Shown here one piece after another: positions 1-10,434 of a stretch of 64,000 nucleotides of DNA. The notes below the pieces were generated by a model. It was not told where the DNA came from, made no database searches, and worked only from the letters and a program-made list of their open reading frames with translations. The translations under genes were made by a program, and so were the position numbers. The stretch is taken from NCBI GenBank assembly GCA_045561295.1, contig JBJKYD010000009.1, positions 164,115 to 228,114 of the forward strand, read 5' to 3'. Origin of the DNA: Gammaproteobacteria bacterium (lineage in GTDB: Bacteria; Pseudomonadota; Gammaproteobacteria; GCA-002705445; GCA-002716945). Position 1 is the stretch's first letter; every line of letters begins with the position of its first letter.

Positions 1-940
1 CACAAATTTTGTATAACTTATCGTCGGATGCTCTTGTTAAACTTTCATCAAATACAGATGAGTAAGATGAATGATTAAAATCAATAGAAACTAAAGGAAG
101 TTTGTTATAGCCAACAATATTTTTCATGTCGCCCTCAGATGATTGTAATACAAGATTATTAAGTTCATCTACAGATGTAGATTTACTTGTATTAAAACAT
201 AAATCGACAACAGAAACATTTGTCGTTGGTACACGAATTGCAAAACCATCTAGCTTACCATTTAAATCTGGCATAACTAATCCAACAGCAGCGGCGGCAC
301 CTGTGTTTGTTGGTATCATAGATTGTGTAGCGGAACGTGCTCGTCTTAAATCTGAGTGATAAACATCTGTTAAGACCTGATCGTTAGTATATGAGTGGAT
401 TGTTGTCATTAGACCATTTGTTATTTCTAGATTTTTATGAATATTTTTAATGACTGTAGCAAGACAGTTTGTCGTGCAAGATGCATTTGAAATAACTTCT
501 TGATTGTCAGTCAACGTCTCATGATTTACACCAAAGACAACCGTGTTATCAACTTCTTTTCCTGGAGCAGATATAATAACTTTACTGGCTCCTGCTTTTA
601 TATGTCCACCAGCTTTTTCTTTTGATACAAATATTCCTGTACATTCATAAACTACATCAACATTTAGTTTGCTCCATGGTAATTTTTCAGGGTTTCTTTC
701 AGATGTAACAAGAATTTCATCTTGATTATTTATAATGATTTTATCCCCATTGACATCAACGGGAGTATTGAATTTACCGTGGACTGTATCATGTACTAAT
801 AAGTGTGCGTTTATACTACTATCACCTAAATCATTTATGGCTACGATTTTAATATCTTCATATGCACTATTTTCATATTTAGCTCTCAATATGTTTCTGC
901 CAATTCTTCCAAATCCATTTATAGCTACTCTAATTGTCAT
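1..940 (-). CDS. gap: type I glyceraldehyde-3-phosphate dehydrogenase (3' end runs off window)
   Basis: Manual minus-strand translation from ATG at 940 gives [15 protein letters not shown]...SNASCTTNC (catalytic Cys motif); lies downstream of tkt. Confidence 0.95.
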   Translation of the reverse strand, partial: MTIRVAINGFGRIGRNILRAKYENSAYEDIKIVAINDLGDSSINAHLLVHDTVHGKFNTPVDVNGDKIIINNQDEILVTSERNPEKLPWSKLNVDVVYECTGIFVSKEKAGGHIKAGASKVIISAPGKEVDNTVVFGVNHETLTDNQEVISNASCTTNCLATVIKNIHKNLEITNGLMTTIHSYTNDQVLTDVYHSDLRRARSATQSMIPTNTGAAAAVGLVMPDLNGKLDGFAIRVPTTNVSVVDLCFNTSKSTSVDELNNLVLQSSEGDMKNIVGYNKLPLVSIDFNHSSYSSVFDESLTRASDDKLYKIC

Positions 941-948
941 ATACTCAC

Positions 949-2940
949 CTATATTTTTTTTATTAATTTTTGCATTTGTTTTTTTATGTTAGTCACAGTA
1001 AAGCCGAAGTGTCTCATAACATCATTTCCAGTACCTGATAACCCAAAAGATTCCATAGTTATCATTGAACCTTTTTTGCCTATATATTTAAACCAACTCT
1101 GACCTCTGCCAGATTCAACAGCAAGTATATTATCAAAATTTTTAGGAATACATTTGTTTTTGTATGCTGAAGTCTGCCTCTCATATAGCTCTTGGCATGG
1201 CATTGAAATAACACGGATATCTAAGTCTTTATCTTTAAGTTCCATGGCGGCTTGAAGTGCAATAGATACCTCAGACCCAGAGGCAATTATAATCCCATCT
1301 GGCTCATTACGCGATCCAAAGACTATGTAGCCCCCTTTATTAATATTCATATTTTGTACTTTTGATTTAGGGAGTTCTTTAAGAGTTTGTCTTGTTAAGG
1401 CAAGAGCCGATGGTCTTTCTTGTGACAAGAGCGCATGCTTCCATGCAACTGCTGTTTCTTGTGTGTCTGCTGGTCTCCAAACATCCAAGTCTGGGATAAG
1501 TCTAAGTGACGAAATCTGTTCAACAGCCTGGTGTGTTGGTCCATCTTCACCAAGACCAATTGAATCATGTGTAAAAATATATACTATAGGCAATTTCATT
1601 AGTGCAGACATTCTTATCGCGTTTTTTGCATATTCAGAGAATATCAAGAACGTGCTAGCAAAGGGTCTCATTGCTCCATGTAAGTATATACCATTTGAAA
1701 TTGCAGACATTCCAAACTCTCTCACTCCATAATAAACATATTTACCAGAAGGATTATTTGGTGAGAAAACTTTCATGTCATCGTAATATGATAAATTTGA
1801 TCCTTTAAGATCTGCTGAGCCACCAATAAGTTCTGGCATGTATTTACCAAATACAGACATCACCACTTGTGAAGATTTCCTAGTTGCCATTGGTTTATGA
1901 GTTTTTAAAATAAATTTATTTAAATTATTTATTGTAATAGCTGATAGTTTATTTTTTATCCTTCTATTTAGTTCGTTATATTCCTTTTTATATAATTTTT
2001 TATATTTTTGTATCTTCTTATTCCATTGATCCTCACTTTTTTTACCTTTTGTACATCCATCCCAACTCGTATAAATTTCTTTTGGTATATTGAAAGGCTT
2101 GTATTTCCAACCTAATCTTTTTCTTACTACTTCTGCCTCATCTTTTCCAATTGGTGCTCCGTGTGCAGCACTTGTTCCTTGATATTTTGGGGATCCATAA
2201 CCTATGACTGTCTTGCAGCATATTATGGTCGGCTTAGTAATTTGGCTCTTCGCATTTTTTATAGCTTGTCTAATGCTTACAAAGTCATGGCCATTAATAT
2301 TTTTTACAACGTTCCAGCCATAACTCTTAAATCTGGATGGGATATCTTCGGTAAACCAACCATTGACATTTCCATCTATGGAAATACTGTTCATGTCATA
2401 AAAGACTATTAGTTTATTAAGTTTCATTGTCCCTGCTAGTGAGCATGCTTCGTGAGAAACTCCCTCCATTAAACACCCATCACCTGCAAAAACATATGTA
2501 TTATGATCAATAATAGTATTACCAGGTTTATTATATTCAGCAGCTAAATTTTTTTCTGCCAGAGCCATTCCGACACCATTGGCAAGTCCCTGCCCAAGAG
2601 GTCCAGTTGTTGTCTCTACACCTGGCGTGATATCACACTCTGGATGTCCTGGTGTTAATGAATTTAATTGTCTAAATTTTTTTATATCATTGATCGATAA
2701 TTTATAACCGCTTAGATGTAAAAGGGAATATAGCAGCATTGAACCATGTCCATTTGACAGAACAAATCTATCTCTGTTGAACCATTTAGGATTTTTTGGA
2801 TTATGCTTTAGAAACTCTCTCCATAAAACTGTGGCAATATCAGCCATACCCATCGGTGCTCCTGGGTGTCCAGAATTTGCCTTATTAACTGCATCAATAC
2901 TCAGGAACCTTATAGCATTCGCTAAAATACGATTATTCAC
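949..2940 (-). CDS. tkt: transketolase
   Basis: [28 protein letters not shown] motifs; likely GTG start at 2940 preceded by GGAGA (ORF track extends to 2970). Confidence 0.97.
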   Translation of the reverse strand: MNNRILANAIRFLSIDAVNKANSGHPGAPMGMADIATVLWREFLKHNPKNPKWFNRDRFVLSNGHGSMLLYSLLHLSGYKLSINDIKKFRQLNSLTPGHPECDITPGVETTTGPLGQGLANGVGMALAEKNLAAEYNKPGNTIIDHNTYVFAGDGCLMEGVSHEACSLAGTMKLNKLIVFYDMNSISIDGNVNGWFTEDIPSRFKSYGWNVVKNINGHDFVSIRQAIKNAKSQITKPTIICCKTVIGYGSPKYQGTSAAHGAPIGKDEAEVVRKRLGWKYKPFNIPKEIYTSWDGCTKGKKSEDQWNKKIQKYKKLYKKEYNELNRRIKNKLSAITINNLNKFILKTHKPMATRKSSQVVMSVFGKYMPELIGGSADLKGSNLSYYDDMKVFSPNNPSGKYVYYGVREFGMSAISNGIYLHGAMRPFASTFLIFSEYAKNAIRMSALMKLPIVYIFTHDSIGLGEDGPTHQAVEQISSLRLIPDLDVWRPADTQETAVAWKHALLSQERPSALALTRQTLKELPKSKVQNMNINKGGYIVFGSRNEPDGIIIASGSEVSIALQAAMELKDKDLDIRVISMPCQELYERQTSAYKNKCIPKNFDNILAVESGRGQSWFKYIGKKGSMITMESFGLSGTGNDVMRHFGFTVTNIKKQMQKLIKKI

Positions 2941-3493
2941 CTTGTCTCCATTTAATTGAGCACCCAACACTCGGAATTTGGTTTACAGGTCCCTTCCCAG
3001 TTCTAGCTATTTCTATCATGCCTTTAAATAAATCACTCGAATTAGCTGACATTTGTTTCGACATTTTTCTATCATCAAATCTTCCCCGATACTGTAACTC
3101 TAGATTACTATTAAATCCAAAGAAATCTGGCGTACAAACAGATTTATATTTTTTTGCAATATTTTGCTTATCATCTATGAGGTATGGGAAGCTAAAACCA
3201 AATCTTTTAGAGACCTTCTGCATGTTTTCAAATGAATCATCCGGATATGCATCATAATCATTAGAATTAATGGCAACGCATCCGATGCGTTTTTTCTGCA
3301 TGACACTTACTTCAGTAGCAAGTTGATCAATGATAGATTGAACATATGGGCAATGATTACAGATAAACATAATGAGAGTCGCTTTTTCCCCTCGACATGA
3401 ATCAAGTGTATGAAATCGATCATCAACACCCAAAAGCTCAAATTCATGAGCTTTCATGTCAAAGTCACAGTTAGGTGTATAGATTTCAGCCAT
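2933..3493 (-). CDS. thioredoxin-family / AhpC-TSA redoxin
   Basis: FICNHCPYV (CxxC), CTPDFF, QYRGRFDD, GCSIKW motifs. Confidence 0.9.
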   Translation of the reverse strand: MAEIYTPNCDFDMKAHEFELLGVDDRFHTLDSCRGEKATLIMFICNHCPYVQSIIDQLATEVSVMQKKRIGCVAINSNDYDAYPDDSFENMQKVSKRFGFSFPYLIDDKQNIAKKYKSVCTPDFFGFNSNLELQYRGRFDDRKMSKQMSANSSDLFKGMIEIARTGKGPVNQIPSVGCSIKWRQGE

Positions 3494-3500
3494 GAATTAT

Positions 3501-3529
3501 CTTGAAAAATCTGAACTTGACCCCAATAT
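3501..3529 (+). promoter_or_regulatory. putative sigma32 (RpoH) promoter for rpoD
   Basis: CTTGAA-N14-CCCCAATAT closely matches the CTTGAA-N13-14-CCCCATnT consensus; upstream of rpoD. Confidence 0.6.
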
Positions 3530-3572
3530 TAACTGGAAATCAGGTTTTTTGTGTTAATTAAAATATTATTAG

Positions 3573-3581
3573 TGATATAAT
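3573..3581 (+). promoter_or_regulatory. putative extended -10 sigma70 promoter for rpoD
   Basis: TGaTATAAT ending about 27 nt before the rpoD ATG. Confidence 0.55.
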
Positions 3582-3608
3582 ACCTCACTTCCAAAGAAGA
3601 ATATATCT

Positions 3609-5452
3609 ATGCCAAGCAATAATTTATCTAAAACCAAACAAAAAGAAATTAAAGAGCTCATTGAAAAAGGAAGATCGCAAGGATTCCTTACGATTGGAGA
3701 GATAAATGATCTTTTGCCTACTAATTTATATGATGCTGATCAAATAGATGGAATCATTAAATTAATCACGGATTTAAAAATTAAGGTTGTAGAAAGCAAT
3801 AAAGATATACAAACAGAAGTCGTTATTGGAGATGAGGAGGTAACAGATGATGATGATAATGAGATCACTGAACAAGAAGCTGTAGAAGTATTATCTAATC
3901 TTGATGAAGAATTTGGAAGAACATCAGATCCTGTAAGAATGTACATGCGAGAAATGGGTACTGTTGAACTTCTAAATAGAGCTGGTGAGATAGTTATTGC
4001 CAAGAAAATTGAAGAAGGGCAAAAATTAATTTATCAAGCAATTCAAAGATTTCCATTATCAGTAAGCTATTTCTTGAAGTTATTTAAAGAAGAGGAAGAG
4101 TTAGAGGCACAAATTTCTGATTATATTCTGGATGTTAAAGAAAATTCTAACGAGGGATTCAGAACAGAACAGATACCTGAGGCTCCTGTAGCATCAGACA
4201 AATCTGATGAGATAAGCGAGACGGAGGAGGAGGAGGAAATAATTGATAATTCACCTGATAAAGAACTTGTATCTCAGAAAATATTAATAATAAAAGAATA
4301 TTTTGATAAATATAAATCTCAAAAAGATCAGATAAAAGCGGAAAAAATATTTGATAAAATAAAAGACGAAATTTCAAATTTTAAATTTACTAGCCTTTTT
4401 ATTGAAAAACTAATAGCTAAAATCCAAGATATTTCTAATAACATTGTGAAATATGAAAAAGAAATGTTTTCACTTTGTCTTAAACAAACGTCACTCTCTA
4501 AAAAAGAATTTGTTAAGCTCTTCAAAAATCATGAGACAGATATAAATATCCAAGAAGAAATTAAGAATAATCACCTCAAACCAGGTACTGATGGAGGCAC
4601 TTTTTTCGAAAGAATTTAGTAAAATTAATAAAAAGCTAACGCTTATCGAGTCTGGGACAGAGAATCAGTATTCAAGAAATTAAAGTTATCAATAAAGCTA
4701 GAAGAACTGGAGAGATTAAAGAGAGAAACGCCAAAAGAGAAATGGTTGAAGCGAATTTACGTTTGGTAATATCCATAGCTAAGAAATACACTAATCGAGG
4801 ATTACAATTCTTAGATTTAATTCAAGAGGGTAATATAGGCTTAATGAAAGCTGTGGATAAATTTGAGTATAGAAGAGGATATAAATTTTCAACCTACGCA
4901 ACTTGGTGGATTAGGCAAGCTATAACAAGGTCGATTGCCGATCAAGCGAGGACTATCCGAATACCGGTTCACATGATCGAAACAATTAACAAACTGAATA
5001 GAATACAAAGAAAGCTTCTCCAAGAGAATGGTAAAGAAGCCTCGCCTGAGGAACTAGCTGAACATATGGATATGACTGAAGAAAAGGTTCGAAGGGTCCT
5101 AAAGATAGCGAAAGAACCTATATCTATGGAATCACCAGTAGGTGATGATGAAGATTCACATCTAGGTGACTTTATAGAAGATGAAAATGCAGAAAAACCT
5201 TTAGAACAGACTATCAATGATGGTCTATCAGACTCAACACGTGATATTTTATCTAGTCTCACTCCAAGGGAAGCTAAAGTTTTAAGAATGCGGTTCGGCA
5301 TTGATATGAATACTGACCATACACTAGAGGAAGTTGGTAAACAGTTTGATGTCACAAGAGAGAGAATAAGGCAAATAGAGGCAAAAGCTCTAAGAAAACT
5401 AAGACACCCATCACGTGCACAAAATCTTAAAAGTTTTTTAGATAATGACTAA
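3609..5452 (+). CDS. rpoD: RNA polymerase sigma factor RpoD (two apparent +1 indels near 4616 and 4661)
   Basis: Regions 1.1/1.2 ([11 protein letters not shown]) in ORF 3609-4619 and regions 2-4 ([16 protein letters not shown]...) in ORF 4742-5452; removing two bases gives a continuous ...[24 protein letters not shown]... Confidence 0.95.
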
Positions 5453-5909
5453 TCTTGCAATTTTTGCTGCAGGATGTTTTTGGGGTATCGAGGAAAAATT
5501 CTTATCACAACCTGGAGTATTAAATACAGAGGTTGGTTATATAGGCGGTGTAACAAAAAACCCAAATTATCAGGATGTTTGTGTTGGTAACACAGAACAT
5601 GCAGAAGCAGTTCGAGTAAAGTTTGATAGTCAGGCTATTTCCTATGAAAGCTTATTAAAACTTTTTTTTGAGATACATGATCCAACAACTTTAAATCGTC
5701 AAGGCCCTGATATCGGGACGCAATATAGATCTGAGATCTTTTGTCTAGATGAAGATCAATATTTAATCGCAGACACGTTCAAAAGAAATTTAAATAACGA
5801 CAAGTTTAATGGTAATATTGTCACCTCAATAAGCATGGCTGGGACTTTTTGGATTGCTGAAGAATATCATCAGAAGTATATAAGAAAAAAGAAGAACATG
5901 ATCTTATAA
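5445..5909 (+). CDS. msrA: peptide-methionine (S)-S-oxide reductase
   Basis: [23 protein letters not shown] motifs. Confidence 0.95.
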   Translation: MTNLAIFAAGCFWGIEEKFLSQPGVLNTEVGYIGGVTKNPNYQDVCVGNTEHAEAVRVKFDSQAISYESLLKLFFEIHDPTTLNRQGPDIGTQYRSEIFCLDEDQYLIADTFKRNLNNDKFNGNIVTSISMAGTFWIAEEYHQKYIRKKKNMIL

Positions 5910-5920
5910 AAATTAAATTA

Positions 5921-5994
5921 GGGCCTGTAGCTCAGTTGGTTAGAGCAGTGGACTCATAATCCATTGGTCGCAGGTTCGAGTCCTGCCGGGCCCA
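5921..5994 (+). tRNA. ileX: tRNA-Ile2 (CAU anticodon, lysidine type); CCA not encoded
   Basis: Cloverleaf GGGCCTG...GTGGA-CT-CAT-AA-TCCAT...GGTTCGAGTCC...CGGGCCCA; sequence and position after rpoD match gammaproteobacterial ileX rather than tRNA-Met. Confidence 0.9.
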
Positions 5995-6002
5995 CAGAGA
6001 AT

Positions 6003-6770
6003 ATGGATAGTCTTGATAATTATAAAAAAGTAATTGAAGAACTGCAACAATCGCTTGCTTCGCATAGGCTTTTTTCTAGTACACTCAATGCAGATCAAGT
6101 AAGACAGTTTATGCAGTCTCATATATTTTCAGTATGGGGATTTATGAGTCTGCTTAAGGGGCTTCAATCAGGAATTACTGTCAATGACATACCTTGGATG
6201 CCGAATCAAAATACTAAAAATGGACTGACTAATTTTATAAATGAAATTGTATTGTGTGAAGAAAGTGATGACATTGATGATATTGGGTATATATCTCACT
6301 TTGAAATTTATCTTTTAGCTATGGATAAAATGAATGCTAATGCCTCACAAATTAATCTTTTAACTGAAAGATTGAAAAGTGAAGAGTATGATAAAAAATT
6401 TATTGATGAATTAACCATATACGACGAAGTTAAGGATTTTATTAAATTTGATCTTGATATTGCACTATCAGGGAATTTACCAAAAATTGTTGGCAGCTTC
6501 ACACTTGGTAGAGAAAAAGTTATACCAAATATGTTTAGCTATATAGTCGCATGCATTGAATATAACAATTCAACAAAAAATCTACTTACTTACTTAAAAA
6601 GGCACATAAATATAGATGGAGATAGACATGGCCCACTATCTATTAAATTGCTTGATACGATTTGTGATACCGATGAAGCGTATGAGCTAGCATATAATTC
6701 CGGTATTACATCTTTACAGTTAAGGATTAAGGTATGGGATAGAATAGCTTCTGAACTTGGTATTGACTGA
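6003..6770 (+). CDS. DUF3050 family protein (heme-oxygenase-like fold)
   Basis: FMQSHIFSVWGFMSLLKGLQ, NEIVLCEESD, SHFEIYL, GREKVIP, YLKRHINIDGDRHGP; real start ATG at 6003 because the ORF-track start lies inside the tRNA. Confidence 0.85.
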   Translation: MDSLDNYKKVIEELQQSLASHRLFSSTLNADQVRQFMQSHIFSVWGFMSLLKGLQSGITVNDIPWMPNQNTKNGLTNFINEIVLCEESDDIDDIGYISHFEIYLLAMDKMNANASQINLLTERLKSEEYDKKFIDELTIYDEVKDFIKFDLDIALSGNLPKIVGSFTLGREKVIPNMFSYIVACIEYNNSTKNLLTYLKRHINIDGDRHGPLSIKLLDTICDTDEAYELAYNSGITSLQLRIKVWDRIASELGID

Positions 6771-6790
6771 GTATCATAATATGATAATAT
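6763..6790 (+). promoter_or_regulatory. putative sigma70 promoter overlapped by a 7-1-7 palindromic operator
   Basis: TTGACT (6763-68), 16-nt spacer, TGa-TAATAT (6782-90); TATCATA-A-TATGATA at 6772-6786. Confidence 0.5.
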
Positions 6791-6792
6791 AC

Positions 6793-6847
6793 TTATATAC
6801 AGACCTCCTCCGTATATAAAGAAGCCAGCAGGAAGCTGGCTTTTTTA
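6793..6847 (+). ncRNA. candidate small RNA with anti-SD loop
   Basis: Hairpin TTATATAC(AG)-ACCTCCT-(CC)GTATATAA followed by an intrinsic terminator, directly downstream of a promoter-like sequence. Confidence 0.4.
6819..6847. terminator. bidirectional intrinsic terminator
   Basis: AAGAAGCCAGC-AGGAA-GCTGGCTTTTTT between convergent genes. Confidence 0.85.
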
Positions 6848-7399
6848 TTCATAAAGTAGAAAAGTTCCTGTCTTGATTTCATATGAGGATACCTCTTCTT
6901 CAGTGTTGATGCCAAGCAGAACGCTAATTGCCCTTATTGTATTTCCGTGAGAGACAACTAATATATTTCCACTACTAGGTAATGAATCAATAAAGCTCAA
7001 TACTCTTAAGCTAACATCTTTTAAACTTTCTCCATTAGGTGGGCTTGTACTCCAACCTCTTCTAGCAGAAAAAAAAGCATCATCACCAATTTTAGTTCTA
7101 ACATCTGATTTATTTAATCCAGACCAGTCACCGTAACTTCTTTCTTTCAAACGATCATCATATGTTATGTCTACGTAATCACCTACAATACTAATTGCTG
7201 TAGTCATTGCTCTTTGCAAAGGAGAACTAAATACATAATCGAATACGACATCTGATAATTCTTGCTTAAGATTTAAAGCTGCGCTCATACCTTTTTCTGT
7301 TAATTGAGGATCATGCCATCCTGTAAAAAGATGTTTCTTGTTATATTCTGATTGAGCATGGCGTACAAACCATATTTTTCTAGTGCCTTGAGATTTCAT
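6845..7399 (-). CDS. gpmA: histidine phosphatase family; short 2,3-BPG-dependent phosphoglycerate mutase-like
   Basis: VRHAQSEYN..FTGWHD, ERSYG..GLNK, PPNGESL, SHGN motifs. Confidence 0.75.
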   Translation of the reverse strand: MKSQGTRKIWFVRHAQSEYNKKHLFTGWHDPQLTEKGMSAALNLKQELSDVVFDYVFSSPLQRAMTTAISIVGDYVDITYDDRLKERSYGDWSGLNKSDVRTKIGDDAFFSARRGWSTSPPNGESLKDVSLRVLSFIDSLPSSGNILVVSHGNTIRAISVLLGINTEEEVSSYEIKTGTFLLYE

Positions 7400-8187
7400 T
7401 TTTTATTTGCAATATCATTATATACTTCTTCATTATTATTAGATAATTTTCTTATTTTAAAATATTTTGAGGAGTGAAGACCGATTTCATATAATAGCCA
7501 CATAGGCAAGGCAAGAAGTATTTGTGATATCACATCAGGTGGAGTCAGTAGCATACCAAGAGTAAAAGCACCCACTATGATATATGGTCTTTTTGAAGCA
7601 AGTTTTTCTCTTGTTGTAATACCAGACGTTATTAATAGTACTGTCACTATTGGTACCTCAAAGGAGAATCCAAATGCAAAAAATAACGCTATTACAAAAT
7701 CTAAATATCTTCCGATATCAGTCATGACAGCAACATCAGTTGGAGCAATACCAATGAAAAAAACGAATATTAAAGGAAATACTATGAAGTATGCAAATGA
7801 CGCGCCTAGATAAAATAAAAAGCTGCTTGATAATATCAATGGAAAAATAAGTTTCTTTTCATGCGCGTACAGGCCAGGTGCAATGAACGACCACAGATGA
7901 TAGAGAATATATGGTATTACAATGAATATGGATAAATAAATAACTAGCTTAAAGGGAATTAAAAATGGTGATGCTACATCTATTGCAATCATCTCGCTGC
8001 CATCAGGAAGAGCATTCAAAAGAGGTATAGATAAAATATTATAAATCTCTCCTGAGAAAGGAATTAATAGTATAAATATTACTAACACAGATAATAGGAT
8101 TTTAGTAAGCCTACTCCTAAGCTCTAATAGATGTGGAACGAATGAATTTTTAATCAGATTTTTCTGATTTGTCTGACTCTGACTCAT
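7396..8187 (-). CDS. tatC: twin-arginine translocase subunit TatC
   Basis: HLLELRSRL, APGLY, FEVP, LTPPDVISQ motifs. Confidence 0.95.
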   Translation of the reverse strand: MSQSQTNQKNLIKNSFVPHLLELRSRLTKILLSVLVIFILLIPFSGEIYNILSIPLLNALPDGSEMIAIDVASPFLIPFKLVIYLSIFIVIPYILYHLWSFIAPGLYAHEKKLIFPLILSSSFLFYLGASFAYFIVFPLIFVFFIGIAPTDVAVMTDIGRYLDFVIALFFAFGFSFEVPIVTVLLITSGITTREKLASKRPYIIVGAFTLGMLLTPPDVISQILLALPMWLLYEIGLHSSKYFKIRKLSNNNEEVYNDIANKK

Positions 8188-8431
8188 ATTGTGTCTCTTT
8201 AATTCTTTTTTGTAATTCTGATATAGACAACTCTTGATCTTTCAATATTGATTTAATGTCAGTACTATCTACCTCGCTGTCAATTTGATCCTTTACTGAA
8301 CTAAAGTAGCGTTGTACTTTACCGAACTGTTTACCAAGATAAGAGGCAACTTCTGGAAGCTTTTCAGGACCCAAGACAAAAAGTGTTAGGAGGAATAAAA
8401 AAAATAATTCCCAAAAACCTATATCAAACAT
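8150..8431 (-). CDS. tatB: TatB
   Basis: MFDIGFWEL...LGPEKLP. Confidence 0.92.
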   Translation of the reverse strand: MFDIGFWELFFLFLLTLFVLGPEKLPEVASYLGKQFGKVQRYFSSVKDQIDSEVDSTDIKSILKDQELSISELQKRIKETQYESESDKSEKSD

Positions 8432-8433
8432 CG

Positions 8434-8625
8434 TTAAGTATTTTTATTTTGATTATCATCGTCAATTGTTTTATTGCTAGTAGAGTCTTCTTTTGAGGAC
8501 TTTTTGAAACTCTTCATCGCTGCTCCTAAATCAGCACCAACGTTTCTAAGTTTCTTTGTACCAAACAATACAACAACTATGATTAAAATAAGTAATATTG
8601 ACCATGGAGATATTCCGCTTAACAT
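8434..8625 (-). CDS. tatA: TatA
   Basis: [20 protein letters not shown]. Confidence 0.93.
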   Translation of the reverse strand: MLSGISPWSILLILIIVVVLFGTKKLRNVGADLGAAMKSFKKSSKEDSTSNKTIDDDNQNKNT

Positions 8626-8637
8626 TTTACTACCTCA

Positions 8638-8949
8638 TCATTTTCTATTTTTTTTCTCTTCTATACCAGAAGTACCAAATCTACTCTCTAATTCCTCTAA
8701 TATCCTAACATATTTAATGTCATGTGAAGCTAATAATACAAGTACATGAAATAATAAATCTGCAGATTCATGGATAATTTGATTTTCACTTTGTCTTGTA
8801 GCTTCTACAAGCTCACTAGCTTCTTCAACCACTTTATTACAAATATGATTATTGCCTTTTTTATATAATGAAGCGATATAAGAATCTTTAGGGTTTGAAG
8901 ATTTTCTATCTTCTAAAATTTTGTCTAGTCTATCTAATATATCTTTCAT
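8638..8949 (-). CDS. hisE: phosphoribosyl-ATP diphosphatase
   Basis: SYIASL, KVVEEASE, ESADLLFH motifs. Confidence 0.93.
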   Translation of the reverse strand: MKDILDRLDKILEDRKSSNPKDSYIASLYKKGNNHICNKVVEEASELVEATRQSENQIIHESADLLFHVLVLLASHDIKYVRILEELESRFGTSGIEEKKNRK

Positions 8950-8966
8950 TCAATCCTCACAAAAAA

Positions 8967-9722
8967 TTATCTTACTGAAATACCTTTGGCTTTCAAGTAC
9001 TCTTTAGCCTGACTTATCGTATATTCTCCAAAATGAAAAATACTTGCTGCCAACACGGCGTCTGCATTTCCTCTAACAATTGCTTGATATAAATGATCTA
9101 AGTTCCCAGCTCCACCAGATGCTATTACTGGTATAGTAACATTATTTGAAATTTTACTAAGTATCTCAACATCAAATCCATCTTTAGTTCCATCTTTGTC
9201 CATACTCGTCAATAAGATTTCACCAGCTCCTCTTTTTTGACATTCAAGACACCAATCATAGGCTTTAAGGTTAGTTTGTGTTCTACCGCCATGTGTAAAA
9301 ACAATATAATCATTATCAATTTTTTTCACATCTACAGCTACAACTATACATTGTCTCCCAATCTTATCAGTTACATCATCGATCATATCAGGATTAGACA
9401 CAGCAGCAGTATTTATTGTAACTTTATCCGCACCTACAGATAATAAAGCTCTTACATCATTAAAGTTTTTAACGCCACCGCCAACAGTCAGAGGTATAAA
9501 TACTTCATCAGCTACTCTTTCAACTACGCTCAATATATTATTACGACCCTCATGTGATGCGGTAATGTCCAGGAAGGTTATTTCATCTGCACCCTCATTA
9601 TCGTATTTTTGAGCAATTTCCACAGGGTCTCCTGCATCCACGATATCTATAAAGTTTGTCCCTTTTACAACCCTGCCTTTGTCGACATCTAAACAAGGAA
9701 TAATTCTTTTAGCTACACTCAT
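8967..9722 (-). CDS. hisF: imidazole glycerol phosphate synthase cyclase subunit
   Basis: [22 protein letters not shown]; start at MSVAKR (9722). Confidence 0.96.
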   Translation of the reverse strand: MSVAKRIIPCLDVDKGRVVKGTNFIDIVDAGDPVEIAQKYDNEGADEITFLDITASHEGRNNILSVVERVADEVFIPLTVGGGVKNFNDVRALLSVGADKVTINTAAVSNPDMIDDVTDKIGRQCIVVAVDVKKIDNDYIVFTHGGRTQTNLKAYDWCLECQKRGAGEILLTSMDKDGTKDGFDVEILSKISNNVTIPVIASGGAGNLDHLYQAIVRGNADAVLAASIFHFGEYTISQAKEYLKAKGISVR

Positions 9723-10434
9723 CAATAGCCTCAGACAGTTTGATAGAATCTTCATAAAGTGCTTTGCCTATTATCATTCCATTAATTTTTGATTTATCCA
9801 TAGATAATATAGTTCTTACATCATCCATAGTTGTAACCCCTCCTGATATGATTGCGCTTGTAGTGATATAATTTAATATAGAATTTATTGAATTTTTACT
9901 TATGCCTTTCATCATTCCATCCTTGCTTATATCAGTGATGATAAACATTTTAATCTCATTGATTTCAAGATATTCAATAAAAGATTTTATATTCTCACTT
10001 TCAGTTTTTTCCCAACCATCGCCAGCAAGTTTACCGTCTTTAACAGCAATATCTATAGCAATACGTTGCCTAATGCTTTTGTCCAAAGATAAAATAAATT
10101 CTTTATTCTTTAAAACTTTTGTACCAAGAATAATTCGATCCACACCATGACTAATGTACTTTTCTATAGTGTCTATAGTTCTAATTCCTCCACCAACCTG
10201 CATGAAAATATTTGGGAATGATTTTCTTATATCAAGAATATTTTCAATATTAGTAGGGATACCAGCCTTAGCTCCATCAAGGTCAACTATATGTATGAAT
10301 TTGGTTCCATCTCTAATCCAATTTTTTGTAATGTCATTTAGATTTTCTGAGTAAATTGTTTTTAAAGTGTAGTCTCCCCTTGAAAGTCGAACGCATTTAC
10401 TGTCTATAATGTCAATTGCAGGATATATAATCAT
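9709..10434 (-). CDS. hisA: ProFAR isomerase
   Basis: [28 protein letters not shown] motifs. Confidence 0.95.
   Translation of the reverse strand: MIIYPAIDIIDSKCVRLSRGDYTLKTIYSENLNDITKNWIRDGTKFIHIVDLDGAKAGIPTNIENILDIRKSFPNIFMQVGGGIRTIDTIEKYISHGVDRIILGTKVLKNKEFILSLDKSIRQRIAIDIAVKDGKLAGDGWEKTESENIKSFIEYLEINEIKMFIITDISKDGMMKGISKNSINSILNYITTSAIISGGVTTMDDVRTILSMDKSKINGMIIGKALYEDSIKLSEAIDECS

Noticed and set aside
4222-4238. GAG trinucleotide run in rpoD
   Set aside because: It encodes the normal acidic non-conserved region of sigma70.
3609-5452. rpoD as a split gene or pseudogene
   Set aside because: The gene is essential, and two single-base removals restore a normal protein; sequencing error is more parsimonious.
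5921-5994. tRNA-Met assignment or genomic island attachment site
   Set aside because: Sequence and locus fit Ile2, and I noticed no duplicated tRNA 3' end in the window.
5964-6002. N-terminal extension of the DUF3050 ORF
   Set aside because: It overlaps the tRNA; ATG at 6003 is the plausible start.
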